Shown here piece after piece: positions 1 through 10,086 of a DNA stretch of 64,000 bases (the stretch's first letter is position 1; every line of letters starts with the position of its first letter). Source of the stretch: an uncultured Candidatus Binatia bacterium. GTDB taxonomy: Bacteria > Desulfobacterota > Binatia > UBA9968 > JAJDTQ01. The DNA lies in NCBI GenBank assembly GCA_965242525.1, contig OZ251459.1, positions 2,784,001 to 2,848,000 on the forward strand, in the 5' to 3' direction. The notes under the pieces were generated by a model. It was not told the DNA's origin. It saw nothing but the letters and a program-made list of their open reading frames with translations, and ran no database searches. A program made the translations under genes and the position numbers.

Positions 1-934
1 CGCCGACCGGGTGTTCTTCTGCAACAGCGGCGCCGAGGCCAACGAGGCCGCCATCAAGCTGGCCCGGCGTTACGGCTCGGAGCAGGCCCGGGGGAGGAAC
101 GAGGTCATCACCGCCTTCAACTCGTTCCACGGGCGCACCCTGGCCACCATGACGGCCACGGGCCAGGAGAAGATCCGGCTCGGCTACGACCCGCTGCCCG
201 CGGGGTTCCGCCACGTCCCGTTCGACGACCTGGAGGCCGCGGAGGCCGCGGTGGACCGCCGCACCGCGGCCATACTGGTGGAGCCCATCCAGGGCGAGGG
301 CGGGGTGGTGGCGCCGGACCCCTCCTACGTGCGCGGCCTGCGCCGGCTCTGCGACGACCGGGGGCTGCTGCTGATGTTCGACGAGGTCCAGGTGGGCATG
401 GGGCGCACCGGCAAGCTCTTCGCCTACGAGCACTTCGGCGTCGAGCCCGACGTCATGACCCTTGCCAAGGCCCTGGGCGGCGGCCTTCCGCTGGGCGCCA
501 TGCTCGCCCGGGAGCGCGTGGCCGAGAGCTTCCCTCCGGGGTCCCACGCCTCGACCTTCGGCGGCAACCCGGTGGTGTGCCGGGCCGGGCTGGCGGTGCT
601 GGAGACGCTGCTGGAGGACGGACTGGTGGAGCGTTGCGAGGCCATGGGGAACCTGCTCCGGGAGGGCCTGGAGGGCTTGGCCGGGCGGTTCGCCTTCGTC
701 CGCGAGGTCCGGGGCAAGGGGCTCCTCCTGGGCATGGAGCTGGACCTCGATTGCGCCCCGGTGATCCGGGAATGCATGGGGGAAGGGTTGCTGGTGGCCG
801 GCGCGGGGGCCAACGTGCTGCGCATGGCGCCGCCCCTGACCATCGGGGAAGAGGACGTGGCCGAGGCCCTGTCCGTCCTGGAGCGGGTGCTGGCGAGACT
901 CGAGGGCGGTCGGGGCGGAAGCGGGACGGGATGA
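1..934 (+). CDS. argD: Acetylornithine aminotransferase (5' end outside window)
   Basis: FCNSGAEANE, SFHGRT, EPIQGEGG, DEVQ, TLAKALGGG PLP motifs; upstream of argFGH. Confidence 0.93.
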   Translation, partial: ADRVFFCNSGAEANEAAIKLARRYGSEQARGRNEVITAFNSFHGRTLATMTATGQEKIRLGYDPLPAGFRHVPFDDLEAAEAAVDRRTAAILVEPIQGEGGVVAPDPSYVRGLRRLCDDRGLLLMFDEVQVGMGRTGKLFAYEHFGVEPDVMTLAKALGGGLPLGAMLARERVAESFPPGSHASTFGGNPVVCRAGLAVLETLLEDGLVERCEAMGNLLREGLEGLAGRFAFVREVRGKGLLLGMELDLDCAPVIRECMGEGLLVAGAGANVLRMAPPLTIGEEDVAEALSVLERVLARLEGGRGGSGTG

Positions 935-1851
935 GGAAGCGGGACCTGTTGACGCTGCGGGACCTGGCCCGGGCCGACCTGGAGGAGATCCTGGCCCTGG
1001 CCGCGGCCCTCAAGCAGGAGCGCAGGGAAGGGCGGCAGCGGCTCCCCCTGGCCCGCAAGAAACTCGCGCTGGTGTTCCAGAAGCCCAGTCTCCGGACCCG
1101 GGCCACCTTCGACGTGGGCATGACCGAGCTGGGCGGCAGCGTGCTGTTCCTGGGGCCGGAGGACGTCCATCTCGGCGTCAGGGAGACCCCGGCCGACTGC
1201 GCCCGGGTGTTGAGCCGCCTAGTGGACGTCATCGCGGTGCGGACCTTCGCGCAGGAGACCGTCGAGGAGATGGCCCGCTCCGGTTCCGTGCCGGTGATCA
1301 ACGCGTTGTCGGACCTCTACCACCCGTGCCAGGCGCTGGCGGACCTCCTCACCCTGCAGGAGCGCAAGGGGAGGATCGAGGGGCTCCGCGTGGCCTTCGT
1401 CGGGGACGGCAACAACGTGGTCCATTCCTGGCTGCTGGCCGCGGAGAAGCTGCCGTTCCGGTTCACGCTGGCGTGCCCCGAGGGTTTCGAGCCCCGCGGG
1501 GAGATCCTCGACGCGGTGTTGTCCCGGGGGGGCGACGTGGCCGTCACCCGGGACCCGGCCGAGGCGGTGAGCGGCGCCGACGCCATCTACACCGACGTGT
1601 GGACGAGCATGGGCCAGGAGGCGGAAGCCGACGCCCGGCAGCGCGCGTTCGCTCCCTACCAGGTGAACGAAGCCCTGGTGGCCCGGGCCGGGGACCACGC
1701 GGTGGTGATGCACTGCCTGCCGGCCCATCGCGGCGAGGAGATCACCCACGACGTCATCGAAGGGCCGCGTTCGGTGGTGTTCGACCAGGCCGAGAACCGG
1801 CTCCACGCCCAGAAGGCGCTGCTGGTGTGGTGCCTCGCCGGCCGGGCCTAG
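931..1851 (+). CDS. argF: Ornithine carbamoyltransferase
   Basis: SLRTR, HPCQ and MHCLP motifs; ATG overlaps argD stop. Confidence 0.95.
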   Translation: MRKRDLLTLRDLARADLEEILALAAALKQERREGRQRLPLARKKLALVFQKPSLRTRATFDVGMTELGGSVLFLGPEDVHLGVRETPADCARVLSRLVDVIAVRTFAQETVEEMARSGSVPVINALSDLYHPCQALADLLTLQERKGRIEGLRVAFVGDGNNVVHSWLLAAEKLPFRFTLACPEGFEPRGEILDAVLSRGGDVAVTRDPAEAVSGADAIYTDVWTSMGQEAEADARQRAFAPYQVNEALVARAGDHAVVMHCLPAHRGEEITHDVIEGPRSVVFDQAENRLHAQKALLVWCLAGRA

Positions 1852-1870
1852 CGGTCATGTGAGGAGGGCC

Positions 1871-3070
1871 ATGAAACCGAACAAGGTGGTGCTTGCCTAC
1901 TCGGGCGGTCTCGACACGTCCGTCTGCCTGCGTTGGGTCAAGGAGCGTTACGACTGCGAGGTCATCGCCTACTGCGCCGACGTGGGCCAGGAAGAGGACC
2001 TGGAGGAGGTCCGCCGCAAGGCGCTGGCCACCGGCGCCAGCAAGGTGGTGGTGGACGACCTCCGGGAAGAGTTCGTCCGCGACTACGTGTTCCCCATGCT
2101 TCGCGGCAACGCGGTGTACGAGGGGTCCTACCTCCTGGGCACCTCCATCGCCCGCCCGCTCATCGCCCGGCGCCAGATCGAGACGGCCGCGGCGGAGGAC
2201 GCCGAGGCCGTCTCCCACGGCGCCACGGGCAAGGGCAACGACCAGGTCCGTTTCGAGCTCACCTACTACGCCTTGAAGCCCGATGTCCGGGTCATCGCCC
2301 CCTGGCGCGAGTGGGACCTCGACTCGCGCACCGCGCTCATCGACTACGCGCGGCGCCACGGCATCCCCGTGCCCGTGACCCGGGACAAGCCCTACAGCAT
2401 GGACCGCAACCTGTTCCACATCAGCTACGAGGGAGGCGTGCTGGAGGACCCCTGGCAAGAGCCCCCCGCGGACATGTACCAGTGGACCGCGGCCCCGGAA
2501 GACGCCCCGGACCGGCCGGAGTACGTGGAGGTGGAGTTCGCTTCCGGCGACCCAGTGGCCATCGACGGCCGGCGGCTGGGGCCCGCGGAGACCCTGGCGG
2601 CGCTCAACGCGATCGGGGCCCGGCACGGAGTCGGGCGCGTGGACATGGTGGAGAACCGCTACGCCGGCATGAAGTCCCGGGGCGTGTACGAGACCCCCGG
2701 GGGGACCATCCTGCACGCGGCGCGCCGGGCGGTGGAGCACCTCACGCTGGACCGGGAGGTGATGCAGTTGCGGGACTCGCTGGCGCCCCGGTACGCCCAG
2801 ATGATCTACAACGGCTACTGGTTCGCGCCGGAGCGGGAGATCCTCCAGCAGGCCCTGGACGCAGCCCAGGCCCGGGTCGACGGGACCGTGCGCCTGAAGC
2901 TGTACAAGGGTTCGGTGTCCGTGGCCGGGCGCAAGTCGCCGGTGTCCCTCTACGACCCGCAGACGGCCACCTTCGAGGCCGACGCCGGCTACGACCAGGC
3001 GGACGCGGACGGGTTCATCAAGTTGAACGCGCTGCGGCTCAAGATGGCCCGGCGGGCGGGGGGCGCGTAA
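1871..3070 (+). CDS. argG: Argininosuccinate synthase
   Basis: [33 protein letters not shown]; GAGGAG RBS before ATG 1871. Confidence 0.97.
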   Translation: MKPNKVVLAYSGGLDTSVCLRWVKERYDCEVIAYCADVGQEEDLEEVRRKALATGASKVVVDDLREEFVRDYVFPMLRGNAVYEGSYLLGTSIARPLIARRQIETAAAEDAEAVSHGATGKGNDQVRFELTYYALKPDVRVIAPWREWDLDSRTALIDYARRHGIPVPVTRDKPYSMDRNLFHISYEGGVLEDPWQEPPADMYQWTAAPEDAPDRPEYVEVEFASGDPVAIDGRRLGPAETLAALNAIGARHGVGRVDMVENRYAGMKSRGVYETPGGTILHAARRAVEHLTLDREVMQLRDSLAPRYAQMIYNGYWFAPEREILQQALDAAQARVDGTVRLKLYKGSVSVAGRKSPVSLYDPQTATFEADAGYDQADADGFIKLNALRLKMARRAGGA

Positions 3071-3075
3071 CCGGC

Positions 3076-4449
3076 ATGGCGGGGAAGAAGCGGTTATGGG
3101 GCGGTCGGTTCGGCGATTCCACCGCGGACTCGGTGGTGGCTTTCACCGCGTCCATCCACGTGGACCGGCGCCTCTACCGGCACGACATCGCCGGCAGCGT
3201 GGCCCATGCCCGCATGCTCGGCCGGCAGCGCATCATACCCCCCGGCGACGCCCGCAAGATCATCGCCGGGCTGCGGGCCGTCCAGAAGGAGATCGAGAGC
3301 GGCGCGTTCCCCTTCAGCGCCGCGGACGAAGACATCCACATGAACGTCGAGCGGCGGCTGACCGAGAAGATCGGCAGCGTGGGCGAGAAGCTGCACACCG
3401 CCCGGAGCCGCAACGACCAGGTGAGCCTGGACATGCGGCTGTACCTGCGGGAGGCCCTCGACCGGGTCCTGCAGGAGCTCGGTTCCCTGCGGCAGGCGCT
3501 GGCGGGCGCGGCCCGGAGGCACGAGGACGTCCTCATGCCCGGCTACACCCACCTCCAGCGGGCCCAGCCCGTGCTCTTCGCGCACCACCTGCTGGCCTAC
3601 GTGGAGATGCTGGAGCGGGACGAGAGCCGCTATCGCCACTGCCGGGAGCAGACCAACGTCATGCCGCTGGGCTCCGGCGCCCTGGCCGGCACCGGCTTCC
3701 CCATCGACCGGGCCTACGTGGCCGAGCTGCTGGGCTTCCCGCGGCTGTCGCAGAACAGCATCGACGCGGTGAGCGACCGGGACTTCGTGCTGGAGTTCCT
3801 GTCCGCCTCCGCCATCCTCTTCGTCCACCTGAGCCGTCTCGCCGACGAGCTCATCCTGTGGTCCAGCGAGGAGTTCGGGTTCGTCGAGTTGCCGGACGCC
3901 TACTGCACCGGCAGCTCCATGATGCCGCAGAAGAAGAACCCGGACGTGGCCGAGTTGATCCGGGGCAAGACCGGCCGGGTCTATGGGAACCTGCATGCGC
4001 TCCTGAGCGTCATGAAGGGGCTGCCGCTGGCCTACAACCGCGACCTCCAGGAGGACAAGGAGCCCCTGTTCGACACGGTGGACACGGTCACCGCGTGCCT
4101 GGTCATGGCGCGGGAGCTGCTGGACGGGCTGGATGTGCGGGGCGGGAGGATGCGCGCCGCGGCCGAGGACGGCTTCATGAACGCCACCGACCTGGCGGAC
4201 TATCTCGTGGGCCGGGGCTTGAGCTTCCGCGCCGCCCACGACGTGGTGGGACGGGTGGTGCGCCACTGCATCGAAACGGAGCGCAAGCTGCAGGAGCTTT
4301 CCCTGGAGGAGTTCCGGGCGTTCTGCCCGGCCGTCGACGCCGGGGTCCACGAGGTCCTGTCGCTCCGGGCCGGCGTGGAGCGCCGGCGCGCCCCTGGAGG
4401 GACCGCCCCGGTGAACGTCCGCCGCCGGCTCAGGAAGCTGGGAGCATGA
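3076..4449 (+). CDS. argH: Argininosuccinate lyase
   Basis: LWGGRF start, GSSMMPQKKNPD signature. Confidence 0.97.
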   Translation: MAGKKRLWGGRFGDSTADSVVAFTASIHVDRRLYRHDIAGSVAHARMLGRQRIIPPGDARKIIAGLRAVQKEIESGAFPFSAADEDIHMNVERRLTEKIGSVGEKLHTARSRNDQVSLDMRLYLREALDRVLQELGSLRQALAGAARRHEDVLMPGYTHLQRAQPVLFAHHLLAYVEMLERDESRYRHCREQTNVMPLGSGALAGTGFPIDRAYVAELLGFPRLSQNSIDAVSDRDFVLEFLSASAILFVHLSRLADELILWSSEEFGFVELPDAYCTGSSMMPQKKNPDVAELIRGKTGRVYGNLHALLSVMKGLPLAYNRDLQEDKEPLFDTVDTVTACLVMARELLDGLDVRGGRMRAAAEDGFMNATDLADYLVGRGLSFRAAHDVVGRVVRHCIETERKLQELSLEEFRAFCPAVDAGVHEVLSLRAGVERRRAPGGTAPVNVRRRLRKLGA

Positions 4450-4465
4450 CCGGAGGGCTGGGGGC

Positions 4466-4984
4466 ATGACCGGAGGCGCCCCGGGCCGCCCGGACGCGGG
4501 CGCCGCGGACCGGGGCGCCGTGTGCGCGGCGCGCTCCCGGAGGCGCCGGGCGGGGGTCCTGTGGCTGGTATTGCTGCTCGCCCTGGCGGCCGGTTGCGGC
4601 AGGAAGGGACCGCCGCGGGCCCCCGGGCTCGCGGCGCCCGAGGCCGTCGCCGACCTGACCGCCCGGGTGGAGGGCCGCGGCGTCCGGCTGGGATGGTCGC
4701 GTCCGCGGCGGACCCTCGACGGGCGCGCCCTGGACCACCTCGGGGCCTTCGTGCTGTACCGCAGGAGCGTGCGGGCGGATTGCCGGGACTGCCGGGCCGC
4801 GTACCGGGAGCGCGCGGTCATCCGCGTGGAGGACGAGGGGAAGTTCTTCCGGCGGTCCCGGTACGGGTTCACGGACCGGGAGCTCCGCCCCGGCACGGTT
4901 TACGGGTATCGGGTCCTGGTCCGACTGCCGGACGGTTCCGCGAGCGGGCCGTCCAACGAGGTGAGCGTCGAATGGCGACCGTGA
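4466..4984 (+). CDS. Lipoprotein with CGRKGP lipobox and FN3-like C-terminal domain
   Basis: Hydrophobic stretch then LAAGCGRKGPP; YGYRV...SGPSNEV FN3-like end; start uncertain. Confidence 0.6.
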   Translation: MTGGAPGRPDAGAADRGAVCAARSRRRRAGVLWLVLLLALAAGCGRKGPPRAPGLAAPEAVADLTARVEGRGVRLGWSRPRRTLDGRALDHLGAFVLYRRSVRADCRDCRAAYRERAVIRVEDEGKFFRRSRYGFTDRELRPGTVYGYRVLVRLPDGSASGPSNEVSVEWRP

Positions 4985-6237
4985 AGGATGGTTTCACCCA
5001 CAGGAACGACGAGATGTACTGCGAGGACGTGCCCGTCCGGGACATCGTGGACGCGGTGGGTACGCCGGTGTACGTCTATAGCCTTGCCCGGCTGCGCGGC
5101 GCCTTCCGGGCCTTCGACGACGCGTTCGCCGGCGCCCGGCGCCTGGTGTGCTTCTCGGTGAAGGCCAACTCCAACCTCGCGGTGCTGCGCTCCTTCGTCA
5201 ACGAGGGGTCGGGCTTCGACATCGTTTCCGGGGGCGAGCTCTTCCGCGTGCTCAAGGCCGGAGCGGACCCGGGCAAGGTGGTCTTCTCGGGGGTGGGCAA
5301 GACCCGGGAGGAGATGGAGTACGCGCTCCGGTCCGGCATCCTCATGTTCAACGTGGAGTCGGAGCAGGAGATGGAGGCCCTGAACCAAGTCGCCGAAGGC
5401 ATGGGCGCGGTGGCGCCGGTGAGCTTCCGCATCAACCCCGACGTGGACCCGAAGACCCATCCCTACATCGCCACCGGCATGAAGCAGAGCAAGTTCGGCA
5501 TCGGCGTGGGGCCCGCGGCCGAGGCGTACCGGCGGGCGCTTTCCCTGCCCCACGTGGAGGTGGTGGGAGTCGATTGCCACATCGGCTCGCAGCTCACCTC
5601 GACGCTGCCGTTCTCCGACGCCGCGGCGCGGGTCCGGGCGTTCATCGACGCGCTGCGGCGGGAGGGGGCCCACATCCGCTACGTGGACCTCGGCGGCGGC
5701 CTCGGCATCCGCTACGACGCCGAGGAGCCGCCGGAGCCGGGGGAGTACGCCAGGGCCCTGATGGACGGCGTGCGCGGCCTGGACGCGACCCTGGTGCTGG
5801 AGCCGGGCCGCTCGCTGGTGGGCAACGCCGGGGTGCTGGTGACCCGGGTGCTCTACCTCAAGCGGACCGAGGCCAGGAACTTCGTGGTGGTGGACGGCGC
5901 CATGAACGACCTGGTGCGCCCGGCCCTCTACGGCGCGTTCCAGGGCATCCGCCCGGTGTTCCGACGGGAAGCCGAGTCCATGACCGCGGACGTGGTGGGA
6001 CCCATCTGCGAGAGCGGCGACTTCCTGGCCCGGGACCGGAGCATCCAGACCCCGGTCCAGGGGGACCTCCTGGCGGTCATGAGCGCCGGGGCCTACGGCT
6101 TCACCATGGCGTCCAACTACAACACGCGGCCGCGGGCCCCGGAGGTGCTGGTGGACCGCGGGGAGTTCGCGGTGGTCCGCGAAAGGGAGACCCTGGAGGA
6201 CCTCGTTGCCTGCGAGAAAATCCCGGCAACGCTGTGA
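4972..6237 (+). CDS. lysA: Diaminopimelate decarboxylase
   Basis: FSVKANSN, HIGSQ, EPGRSL, GPICESGD, MASNYN. Confidence 0.96.
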   Translation: MATVKDGFTHRNDEMYCEDVPVRDIVDAVGTPVYVYSLARLRGAFRAFDDAFAGARRLVCFSVKANSNLAVLRSFVNEGSGFDIVSGGELFRVLKAGADPGKVVFSGVGKTREEMEYALRSGILMFNVESEQEMEALNQVAEGMGAVAPVSFRINPDVDPKTHPYIATGMKQSKFGIGVGPAAEAYRRALSLPHVEVVGVDCHIGSQLTSTLPFSDAAARVRAFIDALRREGAHIRYVDLGGGLGIRYDAEEPPEPGEYARALMDGVRGLDATLVLEPGRSLVGNAGVLVTRVLYLKRTEARNFVVVDGAMNDLVRPALYGAFQGIRPVFRREAESMTADVVGPICESGDFLARDRSIQTPVQGDLLAVMSAGAYGFTMASNYNTRPRAPEVLVDRGEFAVVRERETLEDLVACEKIPATL

Positions 6238-6258
6238 GGCGAGGACCCGGAGGAACCC

Positions 6259-7080
6259 ATGGCGGAGATCGCGTTCACCAAGATGCACGGCTGCGGCAAC
6301 GATTTCGTGGTGCTGGACTGCATGGAGCGGCAGCCCGCGGGCCTGGCCGAGATCGCCCGGAGCCTGTGCCACCGCCGGTTCGGCGTGGGCGCGGACCAGT
6401 TGCTCACCATCAAGCCGTCCGAGTCCGCGGACTTCCGGATGGAGATCTACAACGCCGACGGCAGCGAGGTGGAGATGTGCGGCAACGGCATCCGTTGCTT
6501 CGCCAGGTACGTTTACGAGCACGGCCTGACCCGGAAGCGGGAGATCGAGGTGGAGACCCTGGCGGGCCTCATCCGGCCCCGGCTCGATGGCGAGAGGGTG
6601 GAGGTGGACATGGGCCGGCCCGTGCTGGACGGCCGGGCCATCCCGGTGGACGCCGACGGCCGCATCGTCAACCGTCCGCTCACCGTGGATGGCGGCGAGT
6701 ACGCGGTCACCTGCGTGTCCATGGGCAACCCCCACTGCGTGCTCTACGTGGACGACGCGGACGCCCTGGACCTGCCGCGCCTGGGTCCCTCCTTCGAGCG
6801 CCACGCCTTCTTCCCCAACCGCGTCAACACGGAGTTCGTCCAGGTGTTGGGGCGGGACCGGGTCCGCGTGCGCGTCTGGGAACGCGGGGCCGGCGAGACC
6901 TGGGCCTGCGGCACCGGCGCCAGCGCGGTGGCGGTGGCCGGAGTCCTGACCGGCAGGACGGACAGGCGGGTGACCGTCCACCTGATGGGCGGCGACCTGG
7001 AGATCCGCTGGGCGGACGACGACCGGGTCTATATGACCGGGCCGGCGCAGGAGGTGTTCCGGGGCAGCGTCCGGGTGTGA
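6259..7080 (+). CDS. dapF: Diaminopimelate epimerase
   Basis: FTKMHGCGNDF, EMCGNGIRC, ERGAGETWACGTG. Confidence 0.96.
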   Translation: MAEIAFTKMHGCGNDFVVLDCMERQPAGLAEIARSLCHRRFGVGADQLLTIKPSESADFRMEIYNADGSEVEMCGNGIRCFARYVYEHGLTRKREIEVETLAGLIRPRLDGERVEVDMGRPVLDGRAIPVDADGRIVNRPLTVDGGEYAVTCVSMGNPHCVLYVDDADALDLPRLGPSFERHAFFPNRVNTEFVQVLGRDRVRVRVWERGAGETWACGTGASAVAVAGVLTGRTDRRVTVHLMGGDLEIRWADDDRVYMTGPAQEVFRGSVRV

Positions 7081-7113
7081 CCCCGGGACGCACGAGCGGG
7101 ACGCAGGGGAGCC

Positions 7114-7992
7114 ATGACGATGTTCACCGGATCGATGACGGCCCTGGTCACGCCGTTCGAGGACGGCAGGGTCGATTTCGCTGCGCTCGAAGCCCTGGTG
7201 GAGTTCCAGGTGGAGCAGGGAAGCCACGCGGTGGTCCCGTGCGGCTCCACCGGGGAATCGGCTACACTGGACCACGGCGAGCACGACGCGGTGGTCCGGG
7301 CGGTGGTCCGGGCCGCCCGGCGGCGGGTCCCGGTCATCGCCGGCGCCGGCTCCAACTCCACCCGCGAGGCCATGGACCTCACCCGCAGGGCGGAGGAGTC
7401 CGGGGCCGACGGCGCGCTGCTGATCTCCCCCTACTACAACAAGCCGACCCAGGAGGGCATCTACCGGCACTACCGGGCGGTGGCCGAGCACGTGGGCATC
7501 CCGCTCATCGTCTATAACATCCCCGGACGAACCGCCTCGAAGATCGAGCCGGAGACCCTGGCCCGGCTCGCGGAGGTCGGCAACGTCGCGGGCGTGAAGG
7601 AAGCCACCGGGTCGGTGGACCAGGCACTGGACGTCGTCCGCCTGTGCGGCGACGCCCTGGCCGTCTATTCCGGCGAGGACTCGCTGACCTACTCGCTCAT
7701 GGCCCTGGGCGGCAAGGGCGTCATCACCACCACCGGCAACGTGGCCCCCCGGGCCATGGCGGACCTTGCGGAAGCCTGCCTCCGGGAGGACTGGGCCGCG
7801 GGCCGCCGGCTCCAGTTCGAGCTGCTGCCGCTCATCCGCAGCCTCTTCACCGAGACCAACCCCATCCCGGTAAAGACCGCCCTGGCCCTCATGGGCAAAT
7901 GCGGGCCGGAGCTCCGCCTCCCGCTGACCCCCATGGCCGAGCCGAACCGGGAGCGCCTGGAGGCAACCATGAGGCAATGCGGACTGATTTAG
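7114..7992 (+). CDS. dapA: 4-hydroxy-tetrahydrodipicolinate synthase
   Basis: GSTGESATL, PYYNKP, YNIPGRT, NPIPVK. Confidence 0.96.
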   Translation: MTMFTGSMTALVTPFEDGRVDFAALEALVEFQVEQGSHAVVPCGSTGESATLDHGEHDAVVRAVVRAARRRVPVIAGAGSNSTREAMDLTRRAEESGADGALLISPYYNKPTQEGIYRHYRAVAEHVGIPLIVYNIPGRTASKIEPETLARLAEVGNVAGVKEATGSVDQALDVVRLCGDALAVYSGEDSLTYSLMALGGKGVITTTGNVAPRAMADLAEACLREDWAAGRRLQFELLPLIRSLFTETNPIPVKTALALMGKCGPELRLPLTPMAEPNRERLEATMRQCGLI

Positions 7993-8131
7993 GGAACCTC
8001 GGAACAATCAGGCAGAGGGTATGAGAGCGTCCTTCGACTTCGCTTCGCTACGCTCAGGACGAACGGGGATAGGGGCGTCAGGGTGAGGGAATCGGGAATC
8101 CATCCCGGATGTCTCGATTGTTCAGAGGTCC
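7993..8131. mobile_element. MITE family A (IS5-like ends, REP-like core)
   Basis: GGAACCTCGGAACAATC...GATTGTTCAGAGGTCC flanked by TTAG on both sides. Confidence 0.8.
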
Positions 8132-8161
8132 TTAGTGTGAGATGTCCTCGAAAGAACTTGA

Positions 8162-8600
8162 GGCGCTTCAGGAATTCGTGTGGGTCGTGACACTCCCACC
8201 CACGCGATGATGTCCGCTTCCTTCCCATTACGACCGTGCCGTCCTCGGTTTGGCGTCGCGGATGCCCTACTCCGTCATTCCCGCAGCCGCCCGCCCCGTC
8301 ATTCCCGCGGACGCCCACTCCCCGTCATTCCCGCGAAAGCGGGAATCCATCCGTTCTTATGAAAGGAACATCTGAACAGTCGAGACATCCGGGATGGATT
8401 CCCTCACCCTGACCCTCCTATCCCCGTTCGTCCTGAGCGTAGCGAAGCGAAGTCGAAGGACGCGCTCATACTCCCCCGATTGTTCCGAGATTCCTCTGGA
8501 TTCCCGCTTTCGCGGGAATGACGGGAGGTGGGCGGCTGCGGGAATGACGAGACAGGTGTACGCGGGAATGACGGGGTGGACCTCCACAGGAATGACGAGG
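8162..8600. repeat. Family B end plus GTCATTCCCGCG palindromes, with a family A MITE (8365-8494) nested between an inverted pair
   Basis: GGCGCTTCAGGAATTCGTGTGGGT at 8162; CGTCATTCCCGCGAAAGCGGGAATCCA 8323-8349 and its reverse complement 8497-8523. Confidence 0.75.
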
Positions 8601-8756
8601 CGGGCGTCCGCGACGCCGTCCCAGGCCTACTGTCTCCCGGAGAAGGACCGTGGAAGCGGAGGAATGACAGGCATTCGTCTGATGTGGAGGGGATGGGAAC
8701 GGAAGCCTGCCCGCAGCGTCATGGCGGGGAACCGGGTTGCAAACCGAGACCCGATC

Positions 8757-8853
8757 CATTATCCCCGTTCGTCCTGAGCGTAGCGAAGCGAAGTCGAAGG
8801 ACGCGCTTTTCCACAGGGAGATGGGGTGCAAGCGGGAACCGTCCAGTTGTTCC
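8757..8853. mobile_element. MITE family A, subtype 2 (partial)
   Basis: Core CCGTTCGTCCTGAGCGTAGCGAAGCGAAGTCGAAGGACG followed by TCCACAGGGAG tail. Confidence 0.7.
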
Positions 8854-8866
8854 TTGGGAAACCGGC

Positions 8867-9688
8867 ATGAAGTCGAACGCGTTGGGCTTGGTCGTGTGCG
8901 GCGTGGGGGGGAGGATGGGCGGGGTCCTGGTGCGGCTGGTCCGGGAGACCTCGGGGGTCGCGCTGGCGGGGGCGGTGGACCGGCCCGGCGGCAGACGGGT
9001 GGGGCGGGACGCGGGCGAGGCGGCGGGGGCGGGGCGCATGGGCGTGGCCGTCGGGGACCGCATCGAGGCGTTGCTTGGGCCGGGGCGGGTGATCGTGGAC
9101 TTCACCGCGCCGGAGGCGTCCGTGGTCCACATGGAGGCCGCGGCCGAGACCGGGACCCCCATCGTCATCGGGACCACCGGCTTCGACGCGGGACAGCTTC
9201 GGCGGATCCGCAGGCTTGCGGCGCGGACCCCCACCGTCCTCGCCCCCAACATGAGCCTCGGGGCGAACCTGCTGCTGGGCTTGGTGGGACAGGCGGCCCG
9301 CAGCCTGGGCGACGCGTACGACGTGGAGATCGTGGAGGCGCACCACCGTTTCAAGAAGGACGCCCCGAGCGGCACCGCCCTGGCCCTGGCCGGGGCCGTG
9401 GGCGAGGCCCTGGGGCGGAGGGCCGAGCGCGTGGGGGTGGCGGGGCGCAGCGGGTTTTCCAGGAGGCGGAAAACCGACATCGGCCTGCTCTCCGTGCGCG
9501 CGGGAGACATCGCCGGCGAGCACACGGTCCTGTTCGGCGGCATCGGCGAGCGCGTGGAGATGACCCACCGGGCCCACACCCCGGAGGCGTTCGGGCGCGG
9601 GGCCATCCGGGCGGCCCGATGGGTTGCGGTCCGGGAAAACGGCCTCTATACCATGCAGGACGTGCTGGGGTTGGCGTCCCGTGGTTGA
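8867..9688 (+). CDS. dapB: 4-hydroxy-tetrahydrodipicolinate reductase
   Basis: GVGGRMG, DFT, IGTTGF, EAHHRFKKDAPSGTA. Confidence 0.95.
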   Translation: MKSNALGLVVCGVGGRMGGVLVRLVRETSGVALAGAVDRPGGRRVGRDAGEAAGAGRMGVAVGDRIEALLGPGRVIVDFTAPEASVVHMEAAAETGTPIVIGTTGFDAGQLRRIRRLAARTPTVLAPNMSLGANLLLGLVGQAARSLGDAYDVEIVEAHHRFKKDAPSGTALALAGAVGEALGRRAERVGVAGRSGFSRRRKTDIGLLSVRAGDIAGEHTVLFGGIGERVEMTHRAHTPEAFGRGAIRAARWVAVRENGLYTMQDVLGLASRG

Positions 9689-9728
9689 CATGGGGAGCCT
9701 TCTATACTAATCAGGGTCTCTACTCTCA

Positions 9729-10079
9729 GTGGCTTCGGAACCTTCAAAATCGGACCATGAGTCTGCGGAAGAAGAGGTGGAGCGGCTCGCCGAGCGGATC
9801 GGCAGGCTGATCCGTTCCGTCGAACCCGAGATGCGGGAGGACCTGAAGGAACTGGCCTTCTCGCTGGTGCGCGAGGAGTTGATCCGGGGCGAGGAGCCGC
9901 AGACGGGCGAGGGCGGTTCCGCGGCGCCGGCGCCGATGAACCCCCTGGGCGCCGGGGTGCTGTTCCTGCTGTTGGGGGCAGGCCTTTCTTTCGTGTTCGG
10001 GCCGGTGGGTCTGGCGCTGATGGCCGGAGGCCTGTTCTTCATCGTCTGGGGGGCCGCCATAAGCTGGCTGAAGAAGTAG
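9729..10079 (+). CDS. Hypothetical membrane protein (two C-terminal TM helices)
   Basis: Acidic N-terminus, hydrophobic C-terminus; directly before the Rieske gene. Confidence 0.6.
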   Translation: MASEPSKSDHESAEEEVERLAERIGRLIRSVEPEMREDLKELAFSLVREELIRGEEPQTGEGGSAAPAPMNPLGAGVLFLLLGAGLSFVFGPVGLALMAGGLFFIVWGAAISWLKK

Positions 10080-10086
10080 GGGCGCG

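Noticed and set aside
1933-3075. N-terminal extensions suggesting fusions (argH, argF, lysA, dapB)
   Set aside because: Stop-free frames overlapping upstream genes or repeats; real starts lie downstream
4445-4476. CATGACCGGAGG direct repeat at the argH end
   Set aside because: A single short duplication with no further support
4900-8007. Very long antisense or alternate-frame ORFs (also 12316-15204, 29012-31504, 49321-51654)
   Set aside because: Shadows of real genes in high-GC DNA; no motifs
7989-8831. Short ORFs containing SPFVLSVAKRSRRT or VIPAKAGI
   Set aside because: Translations of the repeat families, recurring at every copy
9685-9708. TTGACA...TATACT promoter for the bc operon
   Set aside because: Spacer is only 12 bp; not called
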